Of a DNA stretch of 64,000 bases, positions 11,390-21,398 are shown one piece after another. The notes below the pieces were generated by a model. It saw nothing but the letters and a program-made list of their open reading frames with translations, did no database searches and had not been told where the DNA came from. Position 1 is the stretch's first letter, and every line of letters begins with the position of its first letter. The stretch lies in the NCBI GenBank assembly GCA_965214705.1, contig OZ243972.1:928001-992000 (forward strand), written 5' to 3'. The DNA is from Alphaproteobacteria bacterium (GTDB lineage: Bacteria > Pseudomonadota > Alphaproteobacteria > UBA828). Made by a program: the position numbers and the translations under genes.

Positions 11390-12262
11390 TCAGCGCGTCG
11401 GGACCGGCGTGCCCGTGGAGTAGTCGTAAAAGCCCTTGCCGGTCTTGCGACCGAGCCAGCCGGCCTCGACGTACTTGGCGAGCAGCGGGCAGGGCCGGTA
11501 CTTGCTGTCCGCGAGGCCCTCGTAGAGCACCTGCATGATCGAGTGGCAGGTGTCGAGACCGATGAAATCGGCAAGCTCCAGCGGCCCCATGCGGTGATGG
11601 GCGCCGAGCTTCATCGCCGTGTCGATGGCCTTCACCGTGCCGACGCCTTCGTAGAGCGCGTAGATCGCCTCGTTGACCATCGGCATCAGGATGCGGTTCA
11701 CGATGAAGGCGGGGAAATCCTCGGCCATGGCCGGGATCTTGCCCATGCGCTCAGTCACCGTGCGCGCGGTCTCGTAGGTCTCCTCTTCGGTCGCGATGCC
11801 GCGCACCAGCTCGACCAGTTCCATCATCGGCACCGGGTTCATGAAGTGCATGCCCATGAACTTGCCGGGTCGGTCGGTGCTCGCCGCAAGGCGGGTGACG
11901 GGCAGCGACGAGCTGTTGGTGCAGATGATGGTGTGCTCTGGCAGCGTGCCTCGCAGCGTGGCGAAGACCTCCTTCTTGACCGCCTCGTCCTCGATGACCG
12001 CCTCGATCACCATGTCGACGTCCTTGATGGCGTCGAGGCCGACGGCGGTCGCGATGCGGTCCAGCGCCGCCGCCGGCTGGTCGTCGGCGATCAAACCCTT
12101 GCGCGCTTGGCGGCCGAGGTTGGTGCGGATCGTCTCCAGCGAGGTATCGAGTTCGGCCTGCCCGAGGTCGATCAGCGTCACCTCGTAGCCCGCGAGCGCA
12201 GCGACATGGGCGATGCCGCTGCCCATGCGGCCCGCTCCGATGATTCCGATCGATTGCACCAT
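11390..12262 (-). CDS. hbd: 3-hydroxybutyryl-CoA dehydrogenase
   Basis: GAGRMGSG Rossmann fold, [31 protein letters not shown]. Confidence 0.9.
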   Translation of the reverse strand: MVQSIGIIGAGRMGSGIAHVAALAGYEVTLIDLGQAELDTSLETIRTNLGRQARKGLIADDQPAAALDRIATAVGLDAIKDVDMVIEAVIEDEAVKKEVFATLRGTLPEHTIICTNSSSLPVTRLAASTDRPGKFMGMHFMNPVPMMELVELVRGIATEEETYETARTVTERMGKIPAMAEDFPAFIVNRILMPMVNEAIYALYEGVGTVKAIDTAMKLGAHHRMGPLELADFIGLDTCHSIMQVLYEGLADSKYRPCPLLAKYVEAGWLGRKTGKGFYDYSTGTPVPTR

Positions 12263-12271
12263 GGCTGCGGG

Positions 12272-13225
12272 TCAGGCCTTGGAGATGCCCTGGCGGTCGA
12301 GCTCTTCGGCGAGCTCCGGAAGGGCCTTGAACAGGTCGGCCACGAGGCCGAAGTCGGCGATCTGGAAGATCGGCGCTTCTTCGTCCTTGTTGATGGCGCA
12401 GATCACGCGGCTGTCCTTCATCCCGGCGAGATGCTGGATCGCGCCGGAGATGCCGACCGCGAGATAGAGATCGGGCGCCACCACCTTGCCGGTCTGCCCG
12501 ACCTGGAAGTCGTTGGGCACGTAGCCCGCGTCGACCGCTGCGCGCGAAGCGCCGACGGCGGCGCCCAGCCGGTCCGCCACCGCCTCGATCAGCGGGAAGT
12601 TCTCGCCGCTCTGCATCCCGCGCCCGCCCGAGATCACGATGCCAGCGCTGGTGAGCTCGGGCCGGTCGGACTTGCTGAGCTCGTGTTTGACGAAGCGGAC
12701 CAGGCCCTGGTCGCCGGCGCCGGAGACTGCTTCGATCGCAGCGCTGCCGCCCTCGGCGGGTGCTGCATCGAACGCCGTGGTGCGCACCGTCACCACCTTC
12801 GTGGCATCGCCGCTCTCCACCGTCGCGAGCGCGTTGCCGGCGTAGGTCGGGCGCACGAAGACGCTGTCCGACACGATTTCGATAATGTCCGAGACCTGGG
12901 CCACGTCGAGCAGGGCCGCGACCCGCGGCATGACGTTCTTGCCGAAGGTGGTGGCCGACGCGATCAGGTGGCTATAGCCCTCCGCAAGGCCGACCAGCAG
13001 CGGCGCCAAGTTCTCGGCAATGCCATGCTCGTAGGCCGGATCGTCTGCGTGCAGCACCTTGGCGACGCCTGCGACCTGAGCGGCGGCCTCGGCGACCGGC
13101 CCGGCACCCGAACCCGCGACCACAACGTGAACCTCGCCGCCCACTGCCTGCGCGGCTGTGACCGCGTTGAGGCTCGGCCGCTTCAGCTCGGCGTTGTCGT
13201 GCTCTGCGATGACGAGGGTACTCAT
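12272..13225 (-). CDS. etfA: Electron transfer flavoprotein alpha subunit
   Basis: [42 protein letters not shown]. Confidence 0.96.
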   Translation of the reverse strand: MSTLVIAEHDNAELKRPSLNAVTAAQAVGGEVHVVVAGSGAGPVAEAAAQVAGVAKVLHADDPAYEHGIAENLAPLLVGLAEGYSHLIASATTFGKNVMPRVAALLDVAQVSDIIEIVSDSVFVRPTYAGNALATVESGDATKVVTVRTTAFDAAPAEGGSAAIEAVSGAGDQGLVRFVKHELSKSDRPELTSAGIVISGGRGMQSGENFPLIEAVADRLGAAVGASRAAVDAGYVPNDFQVGQTGKVVAPDLYLAVGISGAIQHLAGMKDSRVICAINKDEEAPIFQIADFGLVADLFKALPELAEELDRQGISKA

Positions 13226-13974
13226 CCGATCACCTTGGCGTCGTCGCGCAGCTTCGCGACGAGTTCTCCGACGTCCGCCACCTTGATTCCCGCCTCGCGC
13301 TTGGGCGGCTCCTCCACCTTGTGGATCGCGAGCCTGGGGCTGATATCCACACCGAGCGCGTCCGCCTCCCGCCGGTCGATGGGCTTCTTCTTGGCCTTCA
13401 TGATGTTGGGGAGCGAGGCGTAGCGCGGCTCGTTGAGTCTGAGGTCGGTCGTCACCACCGCCGGCAGATTGACGTTGAGGGTTTCGAGCCCGCCGTCGAT
13501 CTCGCGGGTCACATCCGCCGTCCCATCCTTGAACATGATCTCGGAGGCGAAGGTCGCCTGCGGCCAGCCGAGCAGCGCAGCCAGCATCTGGCCGGTCTGG
13601 TTGCTGTCGTCGTCGATGGCCTGCTTGCCCATGATGACGAGGCCGGGCTGCTCTTCGTCTGCGATCACCTTCAGCAGGCGCGCCACGGCGAGCGGCTGCA
13701 GGTCTGCCTCGGTCACGATGTGGACGGCGCGGTCGGCACCCATGGCGAGCGCCGTGCGCAGCGTCTCCTGCGCCTTGTCGGCACCGGCGGAGACCGCGAC
13801 CACCTCATCGGCACTACCGGCTTCCTTCATCCGCACGGCTTCCTCGACGGCAATCTCGCAGAACGGGTTCATCGCCATCTTCACGTTCGCGGTCTCGACC
13901 CCGGACTGATCGGACTTCACCCGGACCTTCACGTTGGGGTCGATCGTGCGCTTGACCGCGACCAAGACCTTCAT
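13222..13974 (-). CDS. etfB: Electron transfer flavoprotein beta subunit
   Basis: [51 protein letters not shown]; start set at the ATG of MKVLV. Confidence 0.96.
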   Translation of the reverse strand: MKVLVAVKRTIDPNVKVRVKSDQSGVETANVKMAMNPFCEIAVEEAVRMKEAGSADEVVAVSAGADKAQETLRTALAMGADRAVHIVTEADLQPLAVARLLKVIADEEQPGLVIMGKQAIDDDSNQTGQMLAALLGWPQATFASEIMFKDGTADVTREIDGGLETLNVNLPAVVTTDLRLNEPRYASLPNIMKAKKKPIDRREADALGVDISPRLAIHKVEEPPKREAGIKVADVGELVAKLRDDAKVIG

Positions 13975-14045
13975 GGGCCTACCCACTGGACGACAATACG
14001 AAGCTGTTGGTGCGTCGCAGCGATTACCCCGCCGCGCGCGGCGGC

Positions 14046-14074
14046 ACACTATGACTGGCCTCAAAACCTGTCAA
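14046..14074 (-). promoter_or_regulatory. Probable sigma70 promoter for etfBA-hbd
   Basis: Minus strand TTGACA, 17-nt spacer, TAGTGT, about 70 nt upstream of etfB. Confidence 0.55.
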
Positions 14075-14210
14075 CGCCGGTGCCTCAATTTACGTGCCAG
14101 TGTTGGTTGACGGCCGTGCCCGTCTGGACGCTGCCCGAGGCTGCGCGTAGAAATGGCTCGATGCCGCCGTCTGCGTCGGGGCACGCGGGCATCGAAGAGG
14201 GGAGGCAACG

Positions 14211-15152
14211 CTGTCGATCGCCGTCGGACTTGGGCTTAATGCGTTCCCGTTTTCGGGTGCGGGCGCGTTCTGGCGCTGGGTCGATCTCTGCGAGGAGGGC
14301 GGGGTCGATTCGCTCTGGCAAACCGACCGCCTCGTCTCCGACGAGCCCTTCCTCGAGGTGATGAGCGTGATGGCGGCGCTCGCAGGGCGAACCGAGCGCA
14401 TCAAGTTCGGCATGAACGTCGCCTCGGTCGGGCTGCGCGACCCGCTGCTGCTCGCCAAGCAGTGCGCAACCATCGACGTGCTGAGCGAGGGTCGCTTGCT
14501 GCCGGCCTTCGGCATCGGCGCGATCCGCGCGCCGGACTGGGCGGCGACCGGCACGGACACCAAGGGGCGCGGCCGGCGCACCGACGAGGGGCTGGACCTC
14601 ATCGCCCGGCTCTGGACCGAGGACTCGGTCGATTTCGAGGGTGAGTTCTATCGCTACTCGGGCGCGAGGATCGAGCCCAAGCCGGTGCAGGCGGCGCTGC
14701 CTCTCTGGCTCGGCGGCTCCAGCAAGCCTGCGATCCGGCGCACGGCGCGGATGGGCACCGGCTGGCTGGCCGGGCTGGAGACGCCGGAGCAGGTGGCGCC
14801 TGCCATCGCCGGCATCAAGGAGGCGCTCGCCGAGACCGGGCGGCGTATCGACGCCGACCACTATGGCGCGAGCTTCTCCTTCCGCTTCGGCAGCTGGGAC
14901 GAGCCCCTGATGCAGCGCGTGGCCGAGACCTACAGAGTGCGGTTCCAGCGCGATCCCGAGGGCGGCATCGTCGCCGGCGATGCTGCGGCCATCATGGACC
15001 GGATAGAGGCGTTCGTCGCGGCGGGCGCGTCGAAGTTCGTGCTCTGGCCGCTCGGGAGCGACGACGACGACATCCTCGACCAGACGCGGCGCCTGATCGA
15101 GGAGGTGCAGCCAGCGGTCGAGGCCCTGAACCACCGGGTCGATGCCGCATGA
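14211..15152 (+). CDS. LLM (luciferase-like) class flavin-dependent oxidoreductase, probable CTG start
   Basis: VDSLWQTDRL, MAALAGRTERIKFG, LAKQCATIDVLSEGR, PLWLGG; frame is open and protein-like from CTG 14211, which follows GAGGGGAGG. Confidence 0.8.
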   Translation: MSIAVGLGLNAFPFSGAGAFWRWVDLCEEGGVDSLWQTDRLVSDEPFLEVMSVMAALAGRTERIKFGMNVASVGLRDPLLLAKQCATIDVLSEGRLLPAFGIGAIRAPDWAATGTDTKGRGRRTDEGLDLIARLWTEDSVDFEGEFYRYSGARIEPKPVQAALPLWLGGSSKPAIRRTARMGTGWLAGLETPEQVAPAIAGIKEALAETGRRIDADHYGASFSFRFGSWDEPLMQRVAETYRVRFQRDPEGGIVAGDAAAIMDRIEAFVAAGASKFVLWPLGSDDDDILDQTRRLIEEVQPAVEALNHRVDAA

Positions 15153-15943
15153 CACCGCTCGCCATCGACCAGGCGGTGGCGCTCTACGTCGCGGCACGGC
15201 ATCGTCGGCAGCGGATCGCCGTGCTGCCCGAGGACTGCCGGCCGACCTCACTCGACGAGGCGTATGCGGTCCAGGCCGCTCTCAGCGAACGGCTTGAAGA
15301 GACGCACGGCCCCGTCTGCGGCCGCAAGATCGGCTGCACAACGCCGGTGATGCAGCGTTATCTGGAGATCGCGCATCCTTGTGCCGGCGCGCTCTACGAG
15401 CGCCGGACTTTGGGCGCCCCCGCGACGGTGCCCTATGCCGACCATTGGCGGCCGGGCGCGGAGTGCGAGATCGCGGTGCGTCTGGGACAACCGCTGCCGA
15501 CGGACGCCGCGCCCTTCGACCGTGCCTCGGTCGCCGTAGCGGTCGAGGCCTGCATGGCGGCCATCGAGATCGTGGACGACCGCTACGACGATTTTCGGGC
15601 CCTCGACACGCCGACGCTGATCGCCGACGACTTCTTCAGCGCCGGCGCCGTGCTCGGCCCGCCTGTCGCCGACTGGCAGGAGGTCGACCTTGCAGCGGCC
15701 TGGGGTGCCATGGCGATCAACGGGAAGAACGTAGGCGCCGGCACCGGGGCCGACGTGATGGGCCATCCCTTCGAGGCGCTGACCTGGCTCGCGAACCACG
15801 CCGTCGCAAGCGGACGGCCGCTCCGGGCGGGCGACGTGGTGCTGACTGGCAGCGTGGTCGAGACCAAGTGGGTCGAGCCGGGCGATACGGTCCGCGTCGA
15901 AATCGAGGGCCTGGGCGAGGCCAGTGTCACGTTTGCGCGATAG
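15149..15943 (+). CDS. 2-keto-4-pentenoate hydratase / fumarylacetoacetate hydrolase family protein
   Basis: GRKIGCT, AECEIAVRL, IEIVDDRY, MGHPFEALTWLAN, GDVVLTGS. Confidence 0.82.
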   Translation: MTPLAIDQAVALYVAARHRRQRIAVLPEDCRPTSLDEAYAVQAALSERLEETHGPVCGRKIGCTTPVMQRYLEIAHPCAGALYERRTLGAPATVPYADHWRPGAECEIAVRLGQPLPTDAAPFDRASVAVAVEACMAAIEIVDDRYDDFRALDTPTLIADDFFSAGAVLGPPVADWQEVDLAAAWGAMAINGKNVGAGTGADVMGHPFEALTWLANHAVASGRPLRAGDVVLTGSVVETKWVEPGDTVRVEIEGLGEASVTFAR

Positions 15944-16042
15944 GCGGAGCAGGCGCGTTGACAGGCGCGCCGCGAAGGGCCTGAATCGTCCCACCGCCAC
16001 CACGGCCCGCTGGACGAGGCCGGGCAAGAGAGGACGAATCCC

Positions 16043-17140
16043 ATGACCAAGCTGCCGCTGACCGCTGCCGCCGCTGCTGCTGCGCTTCTGGCCGCGACCA
16101 CGGCCTTCGCCGAGGAGGAGGCCGTCGTCAACGTTTACAATTGGTCGGATTATATCGACGAGGAGATCCTGACCGAGTTCGAGGCCGAGACCGGGATCAA
16201 GGTCGTCTACGACGTCTTCGATTCCAACAACATCCTCGAGACCAAGCTGCTCACCGGCAGCACCGGCTACGACGTGGTGGTGCCGAGCGGGACCTTCCTC
16301 GCGCGCCAGATTCAGGCGGGTATCTTCCAGCCGCTCGACAAGAGTCAGCTTGCCAACCTCGGCAACCTGGACGAGACCATCATGTCGGTCGTGAGCCAAT
16401 GGGACCCGGACAACCAGTACGCCATCAATTACATGTGGGGCACCACAGGCTTCGGCTACAACATCGACAAGATCGCCGAACGCGACGCGGAAGCGCCCAC
16501 CGGCTCCTGGGGCATGCTCTTCGACCCGGACGTGGTCTCACAGTTCGCCGATTGCGGCGTCTACATGATGGACGAGCCGGACGAGGTGGTCCCGGCCGTG
16601 CTCAACTACATCGGCGAAGACCCCAACAGCCACGACACCGACGTGATCGCCAAGGTCGAGCCGGTGATGCTGGCGATCCGGCCGCACATCCGCCGCTTCC
16701 ACAACTCGGCGCAGATCAACGATCTCGCCAACGGCGACATCTGCCTCACCATGGGCTGGTCGGGCGACATGCTGCAGGCTCGCGACCGCGCTTGGGAGGC
16801 CGAGAACAACGTCGAGATCGCCTATGTGATCCCGGACGAGGGTGCGCTCTCGTGGTTCGACATGATGGCGATCCCGGCGGACGCGCCGCACCCCGGCAAC
16901 GCGCACACGTTCCTCGACTACATCATGCGGCCCGAGGTGATCGCCAAGGCGTCGAACTACGTCTACTACGCCAACGGCAACGCCGCCTCGACACCGCTGC
17001 TAGATGCCGAGATCACCGAGGACCCCGGCATCTACCCGACAGAGGAGGCGCGGAAAGGGCTCTACGTGACCAACCCCTATCCGCAGAAGGTGCAGCGCTT
17101 CATCACGCGGATGTGGACGCGCATCAAAGGCGCGGAGTAG
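16043..17140 (+). CDS. potF: Putrescine/polyamine ABC transporter substrate-binding protein
   Basis: Signal peptide, VYNWSDYID, YDVFDSN, YMWGTTG, GWSGD, WFDMMAIPADA. Confidence 0.9.
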   Translation: MTKLPLTAAAAAAALLAATTAFAEEEAVVNVYNWSDYIDEEILTEFEAETGIKVVYDVFDSNNILETKLLTGSTGYDVVVPSGTFLARQIQAGIFQPLDKSQLANLGNLDETIMSVVSQWDPDNQYAINYMWGTTGFGYNIDKIAERDAEAPTGSWGMLFDPDVVSQFADCGVYMMDEPDEVVPAVLNYIGEDPNSHDTDVIAKVEPVMLAIRPHIRRFHNSAQINDLANGDICLTMGWSGDMLQARDRAWEAENNVEIAYVIPDEGALSWFDMMAIPADAPHPGNAHTFLDYIMRPEVIAKASNYVYYANGNAASTPLLDAEITEDPGIYPTEEARKGLYVTNPYPQKVQRFITRMWTRIKGAE

Positions 17141-17173
17141 GCGCGACGCGCACACCGCACGGGCACGGCGCCC

Positions 17174-18322
17174 GTGAGCCGGCGGCCTGAGCACGCCGGG
17201 GGAGAGGCACCGACCGCCCCCGGCGGCGAGGCCGCCTTCCTCCGCATCGAGGGCGTCAGCAAGAGCTTCGGGAGCGTCACCGCCGTCGACGACGTCTCGC
17301 TCGACATCGCGCGGGGCGAGTTCTTTGCCCTGCTCGGGCCCTCCGGCTGCGGCAAGACCACGCTGCTGCGCATGCTCGCGGGTTTCGAGACCCCGAGTGC
17401 CGGTGCCCTGCTGCTAGACGGCGCGGACCTCGCCGCGCTGCCGCCATACCGGCGGCCGGTCAACATGATGTTCCAGTCCTACGCGCTTTTCCCCCACATG
17501 AGCGTCGTCGGCAACGTCGCCTTCGGCCTGCGCCAGGATCGGGTGCCCAGGGCCGAGATCGCGGCGCGGGTGGCCGACGCGCTGGCGCTGGTGGAGCTCT
17601 CGCCGCTCGCGCGCCGCAAGCCGCACCAGCTTTCCGGCGGGCAGCGCCAGCGCGTGGCGCTCGCCCGCAGCCTGGTCAAGCGGCCCAAGCTTCTGCTGCT
17701 CGACGAGCCGCTCGCCGCGCTGGACAAGAAGCTCCGCGAGCAGACCCAGTTCGAGCTGATGGCGATCCAGCAGCGGGTCGGCATCACCTTCGTGATCGTG
17801 ACCCACGATCAGGATGAGGCGATGACCGTCGCTGACCGAATCGCGGTGATGGAGGAGGGCCGCATCGCCCAGGTCGATACGCCGTCGGCGATCTACGAGG
17901 CGCCCCGCTCACGCTACGTGGCCGAGTTCATCGGTGACGTGAACATCTTCGAAGGACGCGCCCGCGCCGTAAACGGCAACGATCTCGCGGTCGAGCTCGC
18001 GGACGCACCGGATGGGCTCGCGGCACCGGCGCGCGCTGACGGCCCCGCAGCCGGCGATGCCGTGCTGCTCGCGGTGCGGCCGGAGAAGATCGAGATCGCC
18101 CCGGAGCCGCTGCCGCCCGGCACCACCAACGCGATGGCGGGTGAGGTGACTGAGATCGCCTATCTCGGCAGCGTCTCCACCTATCGCGTGCGTCTCGACA
18201 GCGGCAAGACGGTGGTCTCGACCCACACCAACCGCCTTCGCGACGGCGGCGCGGCCATCGACCGGGGCGCGCGGGTTCATCTCTCATGGCCGGTCGAGGC
18301 GAGCATCCTGCTCCGCTCATGA
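17174..18322 (+). CDS. potG: Polyamine ABC transporter ATP-binding protein
   Basis: GPSGCGKT, MMFQSYALFPHM, LSGGQRQR, VTHDQDEA, TOBE-like C-terminus. Confidence 0.88.
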   Translation: MSRRPEHAGGEAPTAPGGEAAFLRIEGVSKSFGSVTAVDDVSLDIARGEFFALLGPSGCGKTTLLRMLAGFETPSAGALLLDGADLAALPPYRRPVNMMFQSYALFPHMSVVGNVAFGLRQDRVPRAEIAARVADALALVELSPLARRKPHQLSGGQRQRVALARSLVKRPKLLLLDEPLAALDKKLREQTQFELMAIQQRVGITFVIVTHDQDEAMTVADRIAVMEEGRIAQVDTPSAIYEAPRSRYVAEFIGDVNIFEGRARAVNGNDLAVELADAPDGLAAPARADGPAAGDAVLLAVRPEKIEIAPEPLPPGTTNAMAGEVTEIAYLGSVSTYRVRLDSGKTVVSTHTNRLRDGGAAIDRGARVHLSWPVEASILLRS

Positions 18323-19251
18323 ACGCGAAGCGCGAGCCGAATCCCCGCCGGCAGCGTGCGGGCCGGGGGCTGCTCGGGCGCGGCTCGGTGATCGCGAGCC
18401 CCTATCTCTGGCTGCTCTTCTTCTTCCTCGTGCCGTTCGTAATCGTGCTCAAGATCAGCGTGGCCGAGGTCCAGCTCGCGATCCCGCCTTACACGCCGCT
18501 CTTCGCCTGGCCCGAGGACGGCTCCCTGGAGCTCTTCGCCGTCGGCGACAACTACCTGCTCCTAATCGAGGACAGCCTCTACATCCGGGCCTACGCGAAC
18601 AGCCTGAAGATCGCGGCGATCTCCACCGCGCTCGCGCTGCTGGTGGGCTTCCCCATCGCCTATGCCATGGCCCGCGCGCCCCGCGCCTGGCAGGCGACCC
18701 TGGTGATGATGGTGATCCTGCCGTTCTGGACCTCCTTCCTGATCCGGGTCTACGCCTGGATCGGCATCCTCAAGAACGAGGGGATGCTCAACGGGGTGCT
18801 GCGCTGGATCGGCGTGATCGACAGGCCGCTGATCATCCTCAACACCGACATCGCGGTCTACATCGGTATCGTCTACTCCTACCTGCCCTTCATGGTCCTG
18901 CCGCTCTACGCCAACCTGGTGCGGATGGACCGCTCGTTGCTGGAGGCCGCGGCCGACCTCGGCTGCCGCCCGGCCGGCGCCTTCTGGAAGATCACGGTGC
19001 CGCTGGCGCGGCCCGGCATCGTCGCCGGCTGCTTCCTGGTGTTCATTCCGGCGGTCGGCGAGTTCGTGATCCCCGACCTGCTCGGCGGCTCCGGCACGCT
19101 GATGATCGGGCGCATCCTCTGGACCGAGTTCTTCAGCAACCGCGACTGGCCGGTGGCGTCGGCGGTCGCCGTGATCCTGCTGCTGGTGCTGATCGTGCCG
19201 ATCGTTCTGTTCCAGCGCCACCAGCAGCGCCAGCGCGAGGCGGACGCCTGA
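18319..19251 (+). CDS. potH: Polyamine ABC transporter permease
   Basis: LPFWTSFLIRVYAW, YSYLPFMVLPLY, EAA loop LLEAAADLG. Confidence 0.88.
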   Translation: MNAKREPNPRRQRAGRGLLGRGSVIASPYLWLLFFFLVPFVIVLKISVAEVQLAIPPYTPLFAWPEDGSLELFAVGDNYLLLIEDSLYIRAYANSLKIAAISTALALLVGFPIAYAMARAPRAWQATLVMMVILPFWTSFLIRVYAWIGILKNEGMLNGVLRWIGVIDRPLIILNTDIAVYIGIVYSYLPFMVLPLYANLVRMDRSLLEAAADLGCRPAGAFWKITVPLARPGIVAGCFLVFIPAVGEFVIPDLLGGSGTLMIGRILWTEFFSNRDWPVASAVAVILLLVLIVPIVLFQRHQQRQREADA

Positions 19252-20066
19252 TGCGGCGGGGGCTCAGCGGGATCAACCTGGTGGCGCTCACTCTGGGCTT
19301 CGCCTTCCTCTACATTCCGATCCTTCTGCTCATCATCTACTCCTTCAACGAGTCCAAGCTCGTGACCGTGTGGGCCGGGTTCTCCACCAAGTGGTACGCC
19401 GCGATGGTGCAGAACGAGCTGCTGCTCGACGCCGCCTGGATGACGCTGAAGGTCGCCTTCGTCTCCTCAAGCGTGGCGCTGGTGCTCGGCACGCTCGCGG
19501 GCCTCGCGCTGGCTCGGCTGGGGCGCTTCCCCGGCCGCACGCTGTTCTCAGGGATGGTCTACGCGCCGCTGGTCATGCCCGAGGTCATCACCGGCCTCTC
19601 CATGCTGCTGCTCTTCGTCGCGCTCTCCTGGGCGCGCGGCTACTGGACCGTGACGATCGCCCACATCACCTTCTCGATGGCTTACGTGGCGGTGGTGGTG
19701 CAGTCCCGCCTGCTCACCATGGACCGCTCGCTGGAGGAGGCGGCGATGGACCTGGGCGCGCCGCCGGTCAAGACCTTCTTCGCGGTCACGCTGCCGATCA
19801 TCAGCCCGGCTCTGGTCGCCGGCTGGCTGCTGGCGTTCACGCTCTCGCTCGACGACCTGGTGATCGCGTCGTTCACCAGCGGTCCCGGCTCGACGACGCT
19901 GCCGATGAAGATCTATTCCCAGGTGCGCCTGGGCGTGACGCCGGAGATCAACGCGGTCTCCACGGTGCTGGTGGGGATCGTCGCCACCGGTGTCATTGCC
20001 GCCAGCCTTATCAACAAGCGCGCCATGGTCATCCGCGAGCGGGAGGCGCAGGCGGTGACGTCGTAG
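19251..20066 (+). CDS. potI: Polyamine ABC transporter permease
   Basis: YSFNESK, PLVMPEVITGLS, LEEAAMDLG, VRLGVTPEINA. Confidence 0.88.
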   Translation: MRRGLSGINLVALTLGFAFLYIPILLLIIYSFNESKLVTVWAGFSTKWYAAMVQNELLLDAAWMTLKVAFVSSSVALVLGTLAGLALARLGRFPGRTLFSGMVYAPLVMPEVITGLSMLLLFVALSWARGYWTVTIAHITFSMAYVAVVVQSRLLTMDRSLEEAAMDLGAPPVKTFFAVTLPIISPALVAGWLLAFTLSLDDLVIASFTSGPGSTTLPMKIYSQVRLGVTPEINAVSTVLVGIVATGVIAASLINKRAMVIREREAQAVTS

Positions 20067-20084
20067 CGCCCGCGGACTCGGCCG

Positions 20085-21398
20085 CTACAGGCGGTCGCGG
20101 AGCGCTCCGTACGCGAGCGCGAGCGCGAGCGTCGGCCAGCGCATGAAGCGGCCGCCGGGGAAGGGCGGCTGCGGCAGGCGGGCGAAGACATCGAAGCGCT
20201 CCAGTGTGCCGGCGATGGCCTCGGCGATGAGAGCGCCGCCAAGCGTCGCCAGCGCCACGCCGTGTCCGGAGTAGCCCTGGCCGTAGTAGAGCCCGCTCTT
20301 GAGCCGCCCGATGCTCGGCATCCGCGTGCGCGTGATGGCCAGCGTCCCGCCCCAGGCATGGTCGACGCGCACATCGGCGAGCTGGGGAAAGATACGCAAC
20401 ATGCACCGCCGAACGAGCGGGCCGGGATGGGCAGGAAGGCGACTGCTCGTGGTCTCGCCACCGCCGAAGAGGAGCCGCCGGTCGGCCGAGAGGCGGAAGT
20501 AGTTCACCACGAAGCGCGTATCGACCACGGCAACGTCATTGGGGATCAAGGCGCGGGCACGCTCTTCGCCGAGCGGCTCCGTCGCCAGGATGAAGTTGTT
20601 GATCGGCATGACGCGCTTGCCGCAGCCGGGATCCAGCGCGTCGAGATAGCCGTTGCAGCCGAGCACGACCGCATCCGCGGTGACCGTGTGCGGCCCGGCC
20701 GAGATCGTGCAGGACGCGCCGGTCGCAAGCCCGGTGACGGGCGTCCCCTCGTAGATATCGACCCCCGCGTCTGCGGCAGCACGGGCGAGGCCGCGCGCAT
20801 AGTCGAGTGGGTGCAGGTGGCCCGCGCCCCGGTCCAGAAGACCGCCCCAGAAATCTCCGGAATCTACTTCGGCGCGCAGCGCCGCGCGGTCCAACACCTC
20901 GATCTGGTCGTAGCCGTAGCGGGCACGGAGATGGTCCGCCTCACGGACCAGCGCCCGGGCATGGCGGGGCCGGTGCGCGGCGATGGCGATACCAGGCTTC
21001 AGGTCGCAGTCGATCCCGTGCCGGGCGATGCGATCGCGCACCAACGCCTTGGCCTCCTTGGCAAGTGACCAGAGGAGTCGCGCCCGCTCGTCGCCAAGCT
21101 CGCGCTCCAGCGTGGGCTGATCGCGTCGGTGCCCGCTGCCGAACTGCCCGCCGTTGCGGCCGGAGGCGCCGTTGCCGACGCGACGCGCCTCAAGCAGGAC
21201 CACGCGATAGCCGCGCTCGGCGAGGTCAAGTGCGCAGGAAAGCCCGGTATAGCCGCCACCGATGACGCAAACATCGGCGCGCACGTCGCCGTCGAGCGCA
21301 GGCCAGGTTGGATTCGTCCGCGCGCTTACCTCGTACCAGGTGGGCGCGGCGCCGTCGTGCTGGGCGTAGCGCCTAGCCCCTCCCGCAGCGCCCATCAC
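20085..21398 (-). CDS. puuB: FAD-dependent oxidoreductase, gamma-glutamylputrescine oxidase-like
   Basis: IGGGYTGL, GASGRNGGQ, HLHPLDY, GYSGHGVA; next to pot genes and a GS-like gene. Confidence 0.75.
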   Translation of the reverse strand: MMGAAGGARRYAQHDGAAPTWYEVSARTNPTWPALDGDVRADVCVIGGGYTGLSCALDLAERGYRVVLLEARRVGNGASGRNGGQFGSGHRRDQPTLERELGDERARLLWSLAKEAKALVRDRIARHGIDCDLKPGIAIAAHRPRHARALVREADHLRARYGYDQIEVLDRAALRAEVDSGDFWGGLLDRGAGHLHPLDYARGLARAAADAGVDIYEGTPVTGLATGASCTISAGPHTVTADAVVLGCNGYLDALDPGCGKRVMPINNFILATEPLGEERARALIPNDVAVVDTRFVVNYFRLSADRRLLFGGGETTSSRLPAHPGPLVRRCMLRIFPQLADVRVDHAWGGTLAITRTRMPSIGRLKSGLYYGQGYSGHGVALATLGGALIAEAIAGTLERFDVFARLPQPPFPGGRFMRWPTLALALAYGALRDRL

